Below the pieces are notes generated by a model. The model saw nothing but the letters and a program-made list of their open reading frames with translations, was not told the origin of the DNA and searched no databases. A DNA stretch of 64,000 nt from an uncultured Gemmatimonadaceae bacterium (GTDB lineage: Bacteria; Gemmatimonadota; Gemmatimonadetes; Gemmatimonadales; Gemmatimonadaceae): positions 352,001 to 416,000 of the forward strand of contig CAWHHI010000003.1 of the NCBI GenBank assembly GCA_963829055.1, in the 5' to 3' direction. Numbering within the stretch: the first letter of the stretch is position 1; each line of letters begins with the position of its first letter. The position numbers and the translations under genes are program-made. Shown in pieces: positions 63,466 to 64,000 of this stretch.

Positions 63466-64000
63466 GTGTCGCCACCGCGTCGCTCCAACCTCGCGCTCGA
63501 GAACGCCCATCGCAGTGGTGGGTCAGCCAGGCATCCCCTGGTGTCCGTCGCCGCCATTGGCGACTACCTCGCGGAAGGCGCGATCACGGTCAACGCGCGC
63601 GGCGCCGTCACGTACGCCAACCGCGTCGCCACCGGCCTTCTCGGCCTGCGGGCCGAGTCCCTGCTCGGCCGGGATGTGCTCTCACTTGCCGGGCCCACTC
63701 ACGGCGACGCCACCTCGCAGTTTGCGCGTGCGCTCAGCGAAGTTCTGGAGCGCGGACTCGAGCAGATCCTGACGGTCAACGACACGGACGCCGCGCCCGT
63801 GTTCAACGTCGACTACTGCCGGCTGCTGCCCATCGCCGACGGCGGCGCGTTGATCCTCCTCGGCGAGACCATGTCGCCGAGTGTCTCCGAGCAGCTGTCC
63901 CGGGCGCGAGCCCTGGCCGAGATCCTCCAGAGCATCAACCAGTCGCTCGAGGTCGAGCGCGTTCTGCAGCTTCTCGCCAAGCATTCGGCCGAGCTGCTCG
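63466..64000 (+). CDS. PAS/GAF-domain signalling protein, truncated at window end
   Basis: Open frame EGAITVNARGAVTYANRVATGLLG (PAS-like) then INQSLEVERVLQLL (GAF start); start codon uncertain. Confidence 0.7.
   Translation, partial: MSPPRRSNLALENAHRSGGSARHPLVSVAAIGDYLAEGAITVNARGAVTYANRVATGLLGLRAESLLGRDVLSLAGPTHGDATSQFARALSEVLERGLEQILTVNDTDAAPVFNVDYCRLLPIADGGALILLGETMSPSVSEQLSRARALAEILQSINQSLEVERVLQLLAKHSAELL

Overview
GC-rich (~69%, estimated by eye) bacterial chromosomal segment. Gene content (PadR+ADOP permease pairs, SusC/SusD, tricorn protease, MqnD, many TonB/lipoproteins) points to a Gemmatimonadota-like organism (inference). About 48 CDS; many are broken by 1-bp indels (including glnA), most likely uncorrected long-read errors. 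No rRNA, tRNA, CRISPR or transposase was recognised. Best candidate for an undescribed system is 36.6-39.6 kb: an SOS-box-like promoter, a Rad52/Sak-like annealing protein, a divergent ECF-type sigma factor translationally coupled to an HTH-less LexA/UmuD-type S24 autopeptidase (putative RecA-cleaved anti-sigma), a small basic membrane protein and a perfect 32-bp palindrome. Other notable signals: a strongly over-represented non-palindromic motif GCCTAACG/CGTTAGGC (core seen about 70 times) that forces rare codons; a four-helix-bundle (IVS/Avd-like) gene inserted antisense in an operon between inverted heptamer arrays, with similar empty heptamer pairs elsewhere; five CGTC-type REP-like palindromes; a sigma54 promoter with tandem enhancer sites; and a solitary PD-(D/E)XK-like nuclease.
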